A stretch of 63,356 nt of DNA, counting the filler, from Basidiobolus ranarum (Eukaryota): the NCBI GenBank assembly GCA_040143965.1. It is 55 parts of 55 records of this genome, joined end to end, with 100 filler letters (N's around TTAATTAATTAA, not from the genome) between each part and the next. Parts side by side here need not be neighbours in the genome. Positions count along the whole stretch, not along the records: positions 23,148 to 24,202 come from JASJQH010013529.1; positions 24,303 to 25,357 come from JASJQH010013530.1; positions 25,458 to 26,512 come from JASJQH010013531.1; positions 26,613 to 27,667 come from JASJQH010013532.1; positions 27,768 to 28,822 come from JASJQH010013533.1; positions 28,923 to 29,976 come from JASJQH010013534.1; positions 30,077 to 31,130 come from JASJQH010013535.1; positions 31,231 to 32,284 come from JASJQH010013536.1; 47 more parts are not named here. One strand, 5' to 3'. The translations under genes were made by a program, and so were the position numbers. Shown here one piece after another: positions 24,099 through 36,366 of the stretch (position 1 is the first letter of the stretch; each line of letters begins with the position of its first letter). The notes under the pieces are model-generated. The model saw only the letters and a list, made by a program, of their open reading frames with translations, had not been told where the DNA came from and searched no databases.

Positions 24099-24202
24099 TA
24101 TTGGGAAAATATGGGCTGTTTGGAGGAACTTTAGAAAAGTGGAGTTGTGAATAGCTTTGTGAGATAATTATTTATTGACCAGAAATTAAGCATTTATACA
24201 TT
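24099..24202 (-). repeat. LTR-B 3' end
   Basis: TATTGGGAAAATATGGGCTG... Confidence 0.88.
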
Positions 24203-24302
24203 NNNNNNNNNNNNNNNNNNNNNNNNNNNNNNNNNNNNNNNNNNNNTTAATTAATTAANNNNNNNNNNNNNNNNNNNNNNNNNNNNNNNNNNNNNNNNNN
24301 NN

Positions 24303-25352
24303 GTTCTTGGCTATCTTTGGTACATAGAGTACATCATCTAATTTTTCAGATGGTGCAGCTGAATTTTGGTCTAAATTGAGTCCAACTGTGCCCGTACCAA
24401 CTGCATCTAGTGCAAAGTCATCACCTAAGTAGACTTTCCTTGTTTGGAATGGTTTTAAGCTGGAAAACCAATCTTTCTTGTTTGACATATGCTGGGAAGC
24501 TCCTGAATCAATGTACCACATTTCTGAGTCTTCTTAAGTGGTTACTGATAGGGCAGACACAAATAGATGATCTCTATCAGTGCTCACTTGATTTGCTTGT
24601 TCCAATTTTAGCTTTTTGGCAAAAATCCTTTTTCTGCAATCTTTGATTAAATGGCTTTGTTTCTGGCAATACTTGCGGATGATTAACTTCCTAATAGGGG
24701 CACCATTATTGAAGCCTGTTGTACATTTTACAGCTCCAAAAAATGCCTGCTCTGCATTATTTTGCTGACAATTAGATCTCCTTAATTCTTTGTTTAAAAG
24801 CCTGGCACCAACATATTCCATTGTTAATGGCTCTGATCTTGATTCTAGGGCAATCAAGAGGTTCCCAAACTCCTCTGGCAAGCTCCCAAGTAGTGTTGTG
24901 ACTAAGTCATCTTCATTTAGAGATGCTCCAATGGATGAGAGCTGATCTGCCATAGCTTTTATTCAATATATATGATTAAGCATAGAATCATCAGGATTCA
25001 TGTGAATTGAGAACAATTTTCACCTAAGATATAGCCTTTTAGCCAGACTTTTAGTCTCATATAGTCCTTCAAGTGCTTCCCAAGCATTTTAGACATTTTT
25101 GGCTGATTGTATGTGCATCAATTGAGAATCTCTGAGATGTAGACAAAGTGTAGAGAGTGCTTTCCTCTGCTTCTTGTAAAAGGCAAGGATAGCTTCTGGT
25201 GGTCCCTTTGGCTCTATTTCTTCTCCTGTAGCAAATCCCCAAAGGTCCTTGTCTTCTAGCACCATTTGCATAGTGAACTTCCAAAGGTGAAAGTCTTCAC
25301 CATCAAACTTCTCTGTGGATGCAAAAACATTGGTAATAGTACTGGTAGACAT
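24303..25352 (-). mobile_element. Copia family D gag-protease
   Basis: EKFDGEDFHLWKF.M.M.L..KDLW, LLGSLPEEF, WYIDSGASQHM. Confidence 0.93.
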
Positions 25353-25457
25353 TCCTTNNNNNNNNNNNNNNNNNNNNNNNNNNNNNNNNNNNNNNNNNNN
25401 NTTAATTAATTAANNNNNNNNNNNNNNNNNNNNNNNNNNNNNNNNNNNNNNNNNNNN

Positions 25458-26512
25458 CTTGGCCCACCTGCTAGCTTGAACACATGTCCAGTTCTGGACT
25501 TATGGTCTTCTGTATCATTAGCCTAGTCTGTATCAGCATATCCTTCCAAAATAAGTAACATGTTGTACTGCTTACTAAATTGAATTCCATGATATATTGT
25601 TCCTTTCAGATAGCATATTATCTGTTTCACAGCTCTCCAATGTTCCATTGCAGGATTTTCCATATATTTGCTTATTATGCTTACTGCTGTAGCAAATATC
25701 AGGCCTAGTACCAGTTGTTGCATATATGAGACTTCTAACTACACTATGGTAAGGATTATCTTTCTTGATTTCAATATCTTCAGAGGTCTGTGGTTCCATA
25801 TCCTTAGTGATTTTCAGCATACAAAGTGGATTGGAAGCTGTTTTACATTCCAGCCTATTGAATCTGTTTAAAATATCTCCAATATATTTCTCTTGTGTAA
25901 TACAGAGTGTTCCAATAGTGGAGTTTTGATGTATATGCATTCCAAGACAATATGCTAGTGATCCAAGATCTTGCATTTCAAACTTGGTAGATAGTCAGGT
26001 CTTAGTTTCTTTCATCAGATTTGAGCAATTACTAACTATTATGATTTCATCAACATAGAGAGCAATTATCACTTTGGTGGCTTTGATAGTCTTGAAGTAT
26101 ATGCAGTGATCAGCTTTGTTATGATGGAAAAGCTGTTTCATGATGATCTGATTGATTTTGGTATTCCATGTGCAAGGAGCCTGTTTCAGACCATATAGAC
26201 TTCTCTGTAGTTTGCATACTTGATGTTCTTTTCCTTTTGCAATGTATCCCTCTGGTTGATCCATGTATATATCTTCATCAATTTATCCATTAAGAAATGC
26301 TGTCTTGGCATCCATTTGTTCAATCAGCATTCCTTGGTGGATAGCAATGGCTAGGATTACTCTGATTGAGATAAATTTAACAATGGGAGAAAATGTTTCA
26401 TCATAGTCAATGCCATGTTTCTGAGCATATCCTTTTATTACTATTCTTGCTTTGTACCAGTTGATAGATCCATCTGAGTTAAGTTTCATTTTCTGCACAC
26501 ATCTAGTACCAA
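25458..26512 (-). mobile_element. Copia reverse transcriptase to RNase H start
   Basis: GIDYDETFSP, QMD.KTAFLNG, SLYGLKQAP, LYVDE, TRPDI, GYAD.D. Confidence 0.95.
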
Positions 26513-26612
26513 NNNNNNNNNNNNNNNNNNNNNNNNNNNNNNNNNNNNNNNNNNNNTTAATTAATTAANNNNNNNNNNNNNNNNNNNNNNNNNNNNNNNN
26601 NNNNNNNNNNNN

Positions 26613-27232
26613 TCTAGACTGCTCCAATTCGCCTTTGGGAATATCTTCTGATTCAATAAATTGTCTTGCTTTTCTCTTTACACCTCTGTTGATTACTCTT
26701 GCCATAGTGTCCTGATATGTTGTCTTGAACTCTCCAACCTCCATCAATAGTTGCTGCAAACTCTCATTGAGTAGTGGTAGATATTTATTTAGAACATCTT
26801 GTGTCTCTAAAGTTGAGGCTGCAACAGTTGCTTCTGGTCCATACAAGCATAAACGTGATTGGAATTGTGTCTTTGCAGACTCAAAATCAAAATTTCTATT
26901 TCTCAGTTCATCCTTTCTATCCTCATGAGTCTTATTGTATATTTCCTGCAGACTTCTGAAGGTATGAATATATAATATTCTCTCCAAAGCAGAGTCAAAA
27001 GTTGCTTCCACTTTTGCCTAATGCCCCCTTCCCCAGCTTCTGTCAAGTTTATCAATAACTGCCATATATCCAAGCAAGAATTCATAGTGGATACCTGGGC
27101 ATCTTTAAAATCATTAGGTGCACACTGATTCACACCACCCACACCTTCATTTGACTTCATGCACAAAATTTTGAAAGTGGTGGTTTCCTGTACCAAAGTA
27201 GGTTGTGAATCAGGATGAATCTGTTTTGACAT
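26613..27232 (-). mobile_element. PHIS element ORF2 (unknown helical protein), 3'-partial; possible intron 27094-27018
   Basis: Head-to-head with the transposase ATG at 27615; second copy at 38774-39201. Confidence 0.65.
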
Positions 27233-27667
27233 GATACGTAACTACCATACATATATATAATGTTAGAACTTATTGGTTTCAATTGGAATTATGGATCTTT
27301 TTATATTATTGGTTGAAATGTCAAAGTTAATTTCCTATAGTGTGATCAAGCATAATGCATTCCACTTTGAGCCATTTTGATATGTACGCTAAATGAATTA
27401 ATTTGGATCAAACTATGATTAACTTTGTTGATGCAGCTTTTTACATGATTTCCATGCAATTAAACATAATTGAAATAATTAGGATAATAAAAGCAAACAG
27501 AAATTTTATTATACACATTATGGAATTTTACCATGATAATTGAAATTCTTACATAAATAACTTGCATGCACCAGGACAATCAGTATTGTGCCAGCTCAAT
27601 ACAAGATTAATATAATGCTCTCCATCTACTCTAAATGGTCATTCCTCATTAATCCAAAAGCAACTAC
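27233..27667 (+). mobile_element. PHIS spacer and transposase start (ATG 27615)
   Basis: MLSIYSKWSF.INPK as at 2771 and 52678. Confidence 0.8.
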
Positions 27668-27767
27668 NNNNNNNNNNNNNNNNNNNNNNNNNNNNNNNNN
27701 NNNNNNNNNNNTTAATTAATTAANNNNNNNNNNNNNNNNNNNNNNNNNNNNNNNNNNNNNNNNNNNN

Positions 27768-28258
27768 TGTTGACTATGCAGATATCTGGGAAGAACTTAA
27801 TACAGAGTGACACAATATTGCAGGGTATCTGACAGATAGCTGGAAGAATGTTGATTCAGCAATGCTAATACAATGGTGGGCTTTGATGGAGATACTGATA
27901 CAAGCTTGTGTTGGGTATGAGCTAAACCTTCGGTATGAAGAACTCTATAAAAATATTCAGGAGAATATATTTGAAAGAAACTGAGAATTTTGAAGGTGAC
28001 AAATTAGTATTCAAGTGGTAAATGTGTAAAATTTGAGTTACATTTTTCACACATTTATTGATCCATAGTTCTTTGAGATTGTAGCCAATCATGTACAACT
28101 ATTTTGCAAGATATTGAAACTTCACTCCTGAAATCAAATAATTGATTAAAACCAAATCTAACTTGACAATTTTATGATAGCAAGTAAATGGTCAATCCAA
28201 AATGGATTAAAATTGTGATGGTTTTTCTATAGTAACAATCCTCAAATTTCTGTTAGGG
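27768..28258 (+). mobile_element. CACTA ORF2 C-terminus and TIR
   Basis: Ends ATTTCTGTTAGGG. Confidence 0.87.
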
Positions 28259-28495
28259 CCTGACTCACCACTTGCAGGACATTTTGGTATTGCCAAATCA
28301 TATACGTTGTCATTCATGGATTATTGGTGTCACCAAATTCTTTCATTTTTCAAGACTTATGTTTCCACCTGTGATACTTAAACTCAAGTGAAGAATCCAA
28401 GACATCAGCCCTATGGCCTCCTACAGCCACTTCCAATTCCTGATCAGCAGTGGAAAATCATATCCCTGGATTTCATAACTGATCTACCCTTGCCC
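28259..28495 (+). mobile_element. Ty3/Gypsy integrase fragment (HHCC region)
   Basis: [32 protein letters not shown]. Confidence 0.88.
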
Positions 28496-28499
28496 ACCA

Positions 28500-28822
28500 A
28501 GATTGGTTTCATGATTTGTCCACTCAGAATTTGAGTTGCTAAGAAATTGATTTTCTGCCAAAATCAAATTCCCTTGATTAAAAGATTTGAGATTTACCTC
28601 AATGAATATAGTATCTCTGGAATTGATGATTAGATTTGTGTCAGCAATTAGGAGACAATAGCCTTTGATCTGATATCCTAATAGGGTAAACTTAGTTGCC
28701 TGTTGTCCAAATTCCTATGCTCAGGTTTAGGAATATGAGCAAATACTATTGATCCAAATATTCTGAGATGATTCAGATTAGGCTTGTTTATAGTCCAGAA
28801 TTTAATAGGAGCTTTAGAGTCC
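28500..28822 (-). mobile_element. Copia integrase C-terminal fragment
   Basis: KPNLNHLRIFGS..FAHIPK. Confidence 0.75.
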
Positions 28823-28922
28823 NNNNNNNNNNNNNNNNNNNNNNNNNNNNNNNNNNNNNNNNNNNNTTAATTAATTAANNNNNNNNNNNNNNNNNNNNNN
28901 NNNNNNNNNNNNNNNNNNNNNN

Positions 28923-29868
28923 AACCATCTTGTTTTTGATTAAATTTCTCATATTTTCAGCTCCTAGATGACCCAATCTCCTATGCCAGATTTTCCAGTC
29001 TATCTCTTCAGCTGTGGCAGTATTAACTTGTTCGTATGTTGGTCCAATATAATGAGGTCTATAAAAGTTATTTTGCTTAGCTCCAGAAGCTATGTAATTC
29101 CCTTTTTGATCCCTGATTGTACAGCCACTTTGATCAAAATTAAAGCTATATCCCTCAGATGTAGCTTTACTCACTGATAACAAATATTTTGCTATCCCAG
29201 GCACATATAGCATGTTTTTCAGTGTCAAACACATGTCCCCAGACATGTCCCCAAGATCCACTTCAATTTCTCCCACTCCCAGAGCTTCTGGTGGCTGGTC
29301 ATCTCCCATATAAACCTTCTTGTTTATGTCAGTTTTGAGTGTCTTGAACCAGTTTTTTTGATTAGAGAAATGTTGAGAGGCTCCAGAATCTATATACCAT
29401 GACCTACAGTCTTGTTTGGAGGTCACTGATAGGGCAGAAACAAATAAAACTTCTTCTTTGGTTGAAACCTGATTTGCTTGTTCTGACTTCTCACTTTTGT
29501 TGTAATTTCTTGATTTGCAATCTTTTATCAGGTGTCCTGATTTGTACAACCTTAGCATAAACCTGATTTCCTTCTTTTGTAACCTTTGTACTTGCCAAAG
29601 CTATGATTTCCAGCCCCAAAAGGAGCCACTTGCTCAGATTCTTTTTCCAAATTCTTACTTCTGAGATGTTGATCCATAAGCCTTGCCACCACAAACTCCA
29701 AACACAACTTGTCAGATCTTGCTTCCAAAGCTGTGACCAAGTTTGAATACTGTTCTGGTGGACTACTTAGAAGAGTCATAATGACATCTTCTTCCTGTAA
29801 AGTTGCATCAATATTTTCCATTTGTTTTGCCAAAGATCTCACATTTGCAATATGAGTAACCATGCTTT
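28923..29868 (-). mobile_element. Copia B gag-protease-pre-integrase
   Basis: WYIDSGASQH, WHRRLGH; collinear with 18760-19579. Confidence 0.93.
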
Positions 29869-29976
29869 TGTTAAAGTATTTGGGAGCCTGTTGGAAGTGG
29901 TTTGGAGAATTAGAGGAATTGGTGGTTTTCACTTATTGATTTATTGAGTAGAAAGTTGACATTTATAGTTTTGTCA
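29869..29976 (-). repeat. LTR-A 3' end inserted in Copia B gag
   Basis: TGTTAAAGTATTTGGGAGCC... is the reverse complement of the LTR-A end. Confidence 0.9.
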
Positions 29977-30076
29977 NNNNNNNNNNNNNNNNNNNNNNNN
30001 NNNNNNNNNNNNNNNNNNNNTTAATTAATTAANNNNNNNNNNNNNNNNNNNNNNNNNNNNNNNNNNNNNNNNNNNN

Positions 30077-31130
30077 TTTGGGACTAAATTTCGTAATTCC
30101 ACCAGATCTGGAGCTATGTGAAGGTTGCCTATATGGTAGGCAACACAGACAGCCGTTTGTGGGCTCTGGAATGAGCAAAATTGATCAAAAATTGGGCCTG
30201 ATACACTCAGATCTGTGTGGCCCAATGCAGACAAAATCCTTAGGCAGAAAAAGGTATTTTATGACCTTTATTGATGATAAGACAAAGTATACTTGGGTGT
30301 ACTTTCTGGCCAGTAAGGATGAAGCCTTTGATACCTTCAAGAAGTTCAAAGCAATGGTGGAGACTGAAACAGGTCTAAAGATTAAGATTATCTGTACTGA
30401 TAATGGAGGGGAATATACCTCAAAACTCTTCTCTAACTTCTGCTCAACACATGGGATAAAACAGCAGACTACAGTGCCATATTCTCCACAGCAGAATGGA
30501 GTAGCAGAACGTGCAAACAGATCAATAATGGAAAAGGCAAGATCAATGCTTCATGATCAAGATTTACCAAAACAGTTCTGGGCTGAATTGGTTGCAACTG
30601 CAGTATATATTAGGAATAGATGTCCTTCTAGGTCTCTATTGGCTATGACACCTTATCAAGCTTGGTTTGGAAGTAAACCTGATGTGGCTAATCTCAGAGT
30701 TCTTGAAAGTATCACTTATGCAATGATTCCTGACCAGAAGAGATCAAAATTAGACTGGAAAAGGCAGCAATGTCTTTTTTTGGGATATTGTGATGGGACA
30801 AAAGGGTACAGACTGTATGACACTGAAAATAAGAAGCTAATCAAGTCAAGGGATGTGGAATTTGCTGAAGAAGAAAAATTTTCAATCAAAACAATCCAGG
30901 ATCAAGAAAAACAACCAAAAATTGATGAAAATTCTTCTTTTTCTCACCAGATCCTGATCAGTGAGAAAAACATTGAAAATTTCAAACCCACAGTGTCCTC
31001 AACTGAGCCTGAGGTGGTGTCATTGCCTAAATTGGTACCAGAAGTTGTAGTGCCAATTTCCCATCTTAGGAGATCCAATTGGATGAGATCTCTGCCTGAT
31101 TACTACTCTCACACTAGCCAAAAGGAGCCT
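30077..31130 (+). mobile_element. Copia integrase, uninterrupted ~350-codon frame
   Basis: CEGC, HSDLCGP, TDNGGEY, PQQNGVAERANR, CLFLGY...KGYRLYD. Confidence 0.96.
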
Positions 31131-31913
31131 NNNNNNNNNNNNNNNNNNNNNNNNNNNNNNNNNNNNNNNNNNNNTTAATTAATTAANNNNNNNNNNNNNN
31201 NNNNNNNNNNNNNNNNNNNNNNNNNNNNNNAGGTTAGTAACGTTTTACCATTTAGTGCTGGAGATATATGCATTTCCACTTAAACCAAATCATCTCAGAT
31301 TTTACATGGTGATTCACTAGGTGTTCCAATTCATTTTCCTCGATCTCTCAAAGAGTCCGAAGTTTAGTGGGATTTTCCGCGTATATTCATATGACTTCAA
31401 TATACGAATTGCGGGTCTTGCTTGCATTTCGTGGCAACAAACTCTATGCGCAAGTATTATGGCTATATCATTTAACAGCTTGTATTTTGTACAGCAAATG
31501 GTTGACTTAATGAATATATAGGTTATAGGACACTAACCAAAATGCTCAATGCGATCACGGGAACCAAGTTTATCTGATTTATGTGTGGGCAATATATAAT
31601 TTATTCAGATTTGCTTAAGCAGCTTTGGCCTAGGTTGAATATGAATAGTCATTTTGTCGTCGAGTATTCTAATCTATAACAAGCAACGAAAACAAAGGAA
31701 TTAATTGACATGCATTATGGTACCAATTTTGTAGCTGAACAAATGTACTCTAATTTTTTGAATTATCCTAGTCGTTCTGGAGATCATGTATTCATTGTGC
31801 AAGGAAAATTAAGAATTCAAAATTACAGTAAACATTTACTTATTTATTGATTTTATGCAAAATTATACAATTCATAACAAGATGAAGAATTCAATTATGT
31901 ACGAGTGAGAAGC

Positions 31914-32282
31914 CTACAAGGCAGGGCAGCTGGAACACTTGCAGTCATCACCACAACAGCACACATTCTTCTTAGCATCGCATGATTCACACTTGCACTC
32001 TTCGCCACAGCAGCATTTGCTTTCCTTGGCTTGTTCACATTTGCAGTCAGCTCCACATTCACACTTGTCACCGCAAGTGCACTTGTTCTTCTTTACTTGC
32101 TCACATTTGCAGTAGGCTCCGCATTCACACTTGTCGCCACAGGTGCAGTTGGCTTTTTTGGCTTGTTCGCATTTGCAGTCAACTCCACAGTCACACTTGT
32201 CACCACAGGAGCAGTTAGATTGCTTCTTTCCTTGACAGTTGGAGCACTTGCAGTCACTTCCGCATTGGCAAGCTGGAACTTC
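31914..32282 (-). CDS. Long modular metallothionein-like protein, 5'-partial (122 visible aa, 35 Cys); absent from the ORF track
   Basis: Hand translation EVPACQCGSDCKCSNC...(CxCGDKCxCGxxCKCEQ)x3...CCCGEECKCESC...CCCGDDCKCSSCPAL*; repeats differ mostly at synonymous sites. Confidence 0.88.
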   Translation of the reverse strand, partial: EVPACQCGSDCKCSNCQGKKQSNCSCGDKCDCGVDCKCEQAKKANCTCGDKCECGAYCKCEQVKKNKCTCGDKCECGADCKCEQAKESKCCCGEECKCESCDAKKNVCCCGDDCKCSSCPAL

Positions 32283-32384
32283 AANNNNNNNNNNNNNNNN
32301 NNNNNNNNNNNNNNNNNNNNNNNNNNNNTTAATTAATTAANNNNNNNNNNNNNNNNNNNNNNNNNNNNNNNNNNNNNNNNNNNN

Positions 32385-32515
32385 TCTAAGTTGGTAAAAA
32401 TATTCTAAGTAAATTCCAATTGAGAATAATTGATAATATCTTAGTGAATTATAAGATAACTAAGTACTAAGCTATATATGACTACATAGGTGTTTAGGCA
32501 ATGCTAATTTCAACA
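32385..32515 (-). repeat. LTR-A 5' part
   Basis: Ends GCTAATTTCAACA. Confidence 0.9.
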
Positions 32516-33537
32516 TTACTAACACCCATTCTTAATCTTGGTTAATTTGAATTTTGGATATTTCTCATGAAGTAAACAGTGCTCAGGTTTGTAATCTATA
32601 GTATAGCGAGAATTGATGTGCAGACATTAGAATTTTCATTTTTTTATTAACATCCTAGCTTGAAATTGGAAGTGTTGAATGAAGGTTTTGGTACTAGAAT
32701 TCCCACTAGCAAGTTCTAAACAATGATGTAGAAGGTCTATAGAAACTGAATACCTACTGACCATTGATTCAATTGTAACATTGTTACAATGCCTACTTGA
32801 GACAACTTACTTGGTTGATTGCCTCTGTCAGATACAGACCCGATTGGTGAATAATTACAGCCAGTAGTTTATCTATATACTCATATGTTGTATTCCTTAT
32901 GGTTGCTGCTTAACTATTGATTATACATAATTCTAGAAAAGACAGGGGGAATGTAAATAGAGTTGGCAGATTGAGTTAAGACAACATTAATACCACTGCC
33001 CAATCTCCAAGTCAACATCTCAACAGGAGTGATGCAGGAAAGTTGTGAAAGAAATATGATGGAGGTGTTGATGAAAAGATATGTGGAAACAAAGCTGATG
33101 ACATTTGATTTCAGGAATACACAGTTGTGGGCAAATCTGATAAATTTCATTAGTCATAATTATTAGTCATTTTGGAAAATAATTTTCCTTTTATTATAAA
33201 TCCAAATAAATTATCGGTTATAGGACCACTGCTCTACCCATGCCATAATGTAACTTCAGAAACAGCGGTAATTTAGCTTCTCTTTCCAAATACTTTTAGA
33301 CGATGTAGTCCCGTTTCTTATATAACAAGATTTCTAGTTTCCAATAAGTTTCATACTAATGCACCTTAAATTCTCCTAAACACATATTGTATTACAAGTC
33401 TCAATGCGCCATGTAATCAATATCAAGAATTTATTCGNNNNNNNNNNNNNNNNNNNNNNNNNNNNNNNNNNNNNNNNNNNNTTAATTAATTAANNNNNNN
33501 NNNNNNNNNNNNNNNNNNNNNNNNNNNNNNNNNNNNN

Positions 33538-34108
33538 ATGAAATCACCCATATATAGATCTTTGATCCATTCCTAAAGTACACATCATAAAGCTGAGGGT
33601 ATTACAATATACTTGATGGATATCACTACCAGAATCTGAAAAGTTAAGGTTTCTTTTTGAACACATATGATTATGAATTTGCATTGGCTCAAGATGGTTT
33701 CTCACCACAAAAACATACTATTGTCAAGGCTTGCTGCTTATTAATTTTGGTTAACTTAAATCTTATTCAGCATCATTCCAACACTACTTACTTAGCTATA
33801 TAATGGAAATTCACTATGACTAAGCCATAGGAGATAGGATCAAAGTTTAAATCAATTGGTAAAATGATTAAAACATCAAGAAGCCATTATATTTCACCAA
33901 GACTCCCATCAGGATGCACACATCTAGGTTCCTATTCAGATGCAAAGACTGGAAGTATTGGATTAAAATATATTCAAGTGCAATCTTGTGAAGATTTCTG
34001 CTTGATAAGTATTGGCATTATTGGGTGCTGTTTGTGGATATTGTTAATATATTCTTACCGCATTGACCCACATTAGCAAATCTTAGGCAGATACAGTGAG
34101 CATGGAAA
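33538..34108 (+). mobile_element. CACTA transposase, heavily decayed with an internal deletion
   Basis: Homology to 17010-17230, then to 17370-17570. Confidence 0.8.
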
Positions 34109-34590
34109 CCCTGAAAAGAATAAAATCAATTTGATCCAGATTGGATCCACCCTTCTGGATTGCAATACTGTCAGAAAACCATCACAATATTGGTGGCTTG
34201 CTTTCTGCCTGGGAATTTGCTGGTTAGATGATGGCTTCTTGATGGTATTTTGATGGTACTCATACATGTTAACATATTGATCTTCATATTTGGAACACAT
34301 TGTTCAATTTCCAGCAATTTTTGCAAAAATCTAATATTCAAATTGCAAATTACTGGGTTTACAGCTGTAGGAATTTGAATTAATATGCATGACTTTATTC
34401 AGGTCTTTTAGGCTTTGTATTCCAGCCATAATGAGAATCCAAATATATAAGAATCTTGTTTTATTTAGTCTCTATATATGCACATACTTGACTGATCAGA
34501 CATAACTCAACAATATCAATATGCTTTGCTAGCAAACTAACAGTGTAAAAATTGCTAAACATCCAAAATTTTGGATAGCACTGACACTTG
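34109..34590 (-). mobile_element. Nested CACTA copy: transposase-side TIR and 3' end
   Basis: Reverse complement of 21075-21541. Confidence 0.82.
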
Positions 34591-34690
34591 NNNNNNNNNN
34601 NNNNNNNNNNNNNNNNNNNNNNNNNNNNNNNNNNTTAATTAATTAANNNNNNNNNNNNNNNNNNNNNNNNNNNNNNNNNNNNNNNNNNNN

Positions 34691-35067
34691 GAGTAAGTAG
34701 TATTTGAAGACTGTTGAATACTACGTGACTGCTGCCTAACGGGAAGCTCTGGCTCCAGCTGATCCCGTTTAGCAATATAATCTTAGGCTTACTACTAATA
34801 CCAAGTTTTATGTTAGACTGACTATTTGGTGAATTGATATCAGTGATCATGTTGAAATCTGACCAGGCTCTTGATGGTAAAATCATGGAGTTTAGTGTTG
34901 TATTTGGATAGTAATAATGCATATACCTGATAGAGTAAACTCCATTGATTTGACAAAATCTACAGCTAGATCATGCATTGTTCCTGCAAAAACCTCCAAG
35001 TTTACTGATGGCAGGAGTGTCACCAATACATAAAATAAATATAAGCTTTAATAAAATATTCACCCAT
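34691..35067 (-). mobile_element. CACTA transposase core fragment
   Basis: Collinear with 11753-12128. Confidence 0.85.
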
Positions 35068-35523
35068 CGCTAACAAAAATAAAATTGCTTTGATCCAGAT
35101 CGGATCCACCCTCTAAAATAGCAAAGCTATCAGAAAACCATCACAATATCATTGGCTTTCATTCTGCCAGGGATTTTGATGGTGTGATGGTGGTTTCTTG
35201 GCAGTATCTTAACAGTATTCATCAATGTTAAAATATTGATCCCTGAATTTGGCATGCATTATTCAATATCCAGCAATTTTTGCAAAAATATAATTTTTGA
35301 ATGGTAAATTACTGGGTTTACTGCTGTAGGAATTTGATTTAACATGTATGCCTTTATTTAGATACTTTTGGTTTTGTATTCCAGCCATAATGAGAATCAA
35401 AAAATACAAGAATCTTGTTCTGTTTAGTCTCTACATATGGACATACTTGAATGTATAGATATAACTCAACAACATCAATATGCCTTACCAGCTAACCAAT
35501 GGTAGAAAATTTGCTAATCATCT
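35068..35523 (-). mobile_element. Nested CACTA copy: TIR (CGCTAACAAAAAT) and 3' end
   Basis: Reverse complement of 21100-21541. Confidence 0.82.
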
Positions 35524-35743
35524 TAGTATTGTCACCATTGTTCAAATGCAGCAATAGTTGCTAAAAGTTCCTTGTCATAGATGTTATAGTTGAGTTCTGT
35601 GGCAGAGAACTTTCTTGAGTAAAAGGCAACATGGTGCAGTAAGTTGTCATCATCAAACTGTGATAATACTGCTCCTAGAGCAAAGTAGAGGCATCAGTTT
35701 CAACAATAAATAGCGTGTCTAGCTTAGGATGTGCCGGGATTGG
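35524..35743 (-). mobile_element. Ty3/Gypsy RNase H fragment
   Basis: [35 protein letters not shown]. Confidence 0.9.
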
Positions 35744-35843
35744 NNNNNNNNNNNNNNNNNNNNNNNNNNNNNNNNNNNNNNNNNNNNTTAATTAATTAAN
35801 NNNNNNNNNNNNNNNNNNNNNNNNNNNNNNNNNNNNNNNNNNN

Positions 35844-36366
35844 GAAGAAGAACATTCAACTTGACATTCAGTCTGGTGTTGACCATGCAGATATCTGGGA
35901 AGAACTTAATACAGAGTGGCACAATATTGCAGGGTATCCACCAGATAGCTGGAAAAACGTTGATTCTGCAACATTAATACAATGGTGGGCTTTGATGGAG
36001 ATGTTAATACAAAGTCATGTTGGGTATGAGCTAAACCTTGGGTATGAAGAACTCTATAAAAATATTCCGGAGAATATATCAAAGAGACTAGAGATTTCAA
36101 AGGTGACAAATTAGCGTTCAAGTTTTAACTGTGTAAAACATAAGTTACATTTTTTGCACATATGTTGATCCATAGTTCTCTGAGATTGTAGCCAATCATG
36201 CACAACTATTTTGCAAGATCTTGAAATTTCACTCCTGAAACTGAAAAAATTAATTAAAATCAAATCTAACTTGACAATTTTATGACGGTGAGTAAGTGGT
36301 CAATCCCAAATGGATTAAAATTTTGAAACTTTTCCTACAATTACAAACCCCAAATTTCTGTTAGGG
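35844..36366 (+). mobile_element. CACTA ORF2 C-terminus and TIR
   Basis: Ends ATTTCTGTTAGGG. Confidence 0.87.

Noticed and set aside
29552-29932. 126-aa ORF as a novel gag variant
   Set aside because: Chimeric: its first ~21 codons come from an inserted LTR-A
10426-32282. A metal or oxidative-stress gene cluster (quinone reductases plus metallothionein)
   Set aside because: Different contigs placed near each other only by length sorting
31982-32336. His/Cys-rich, hydrophobic and Ala/Thr-rich ORFs listed in the track
   Set aside because: Shadow frames of the metallothionein-like repeat, whose own frame shows synonymous variation and a proper stop
32516-33437. 78-aa ORF at 32914-33150
   Set aside because: No recognisable domain; within chance expectation
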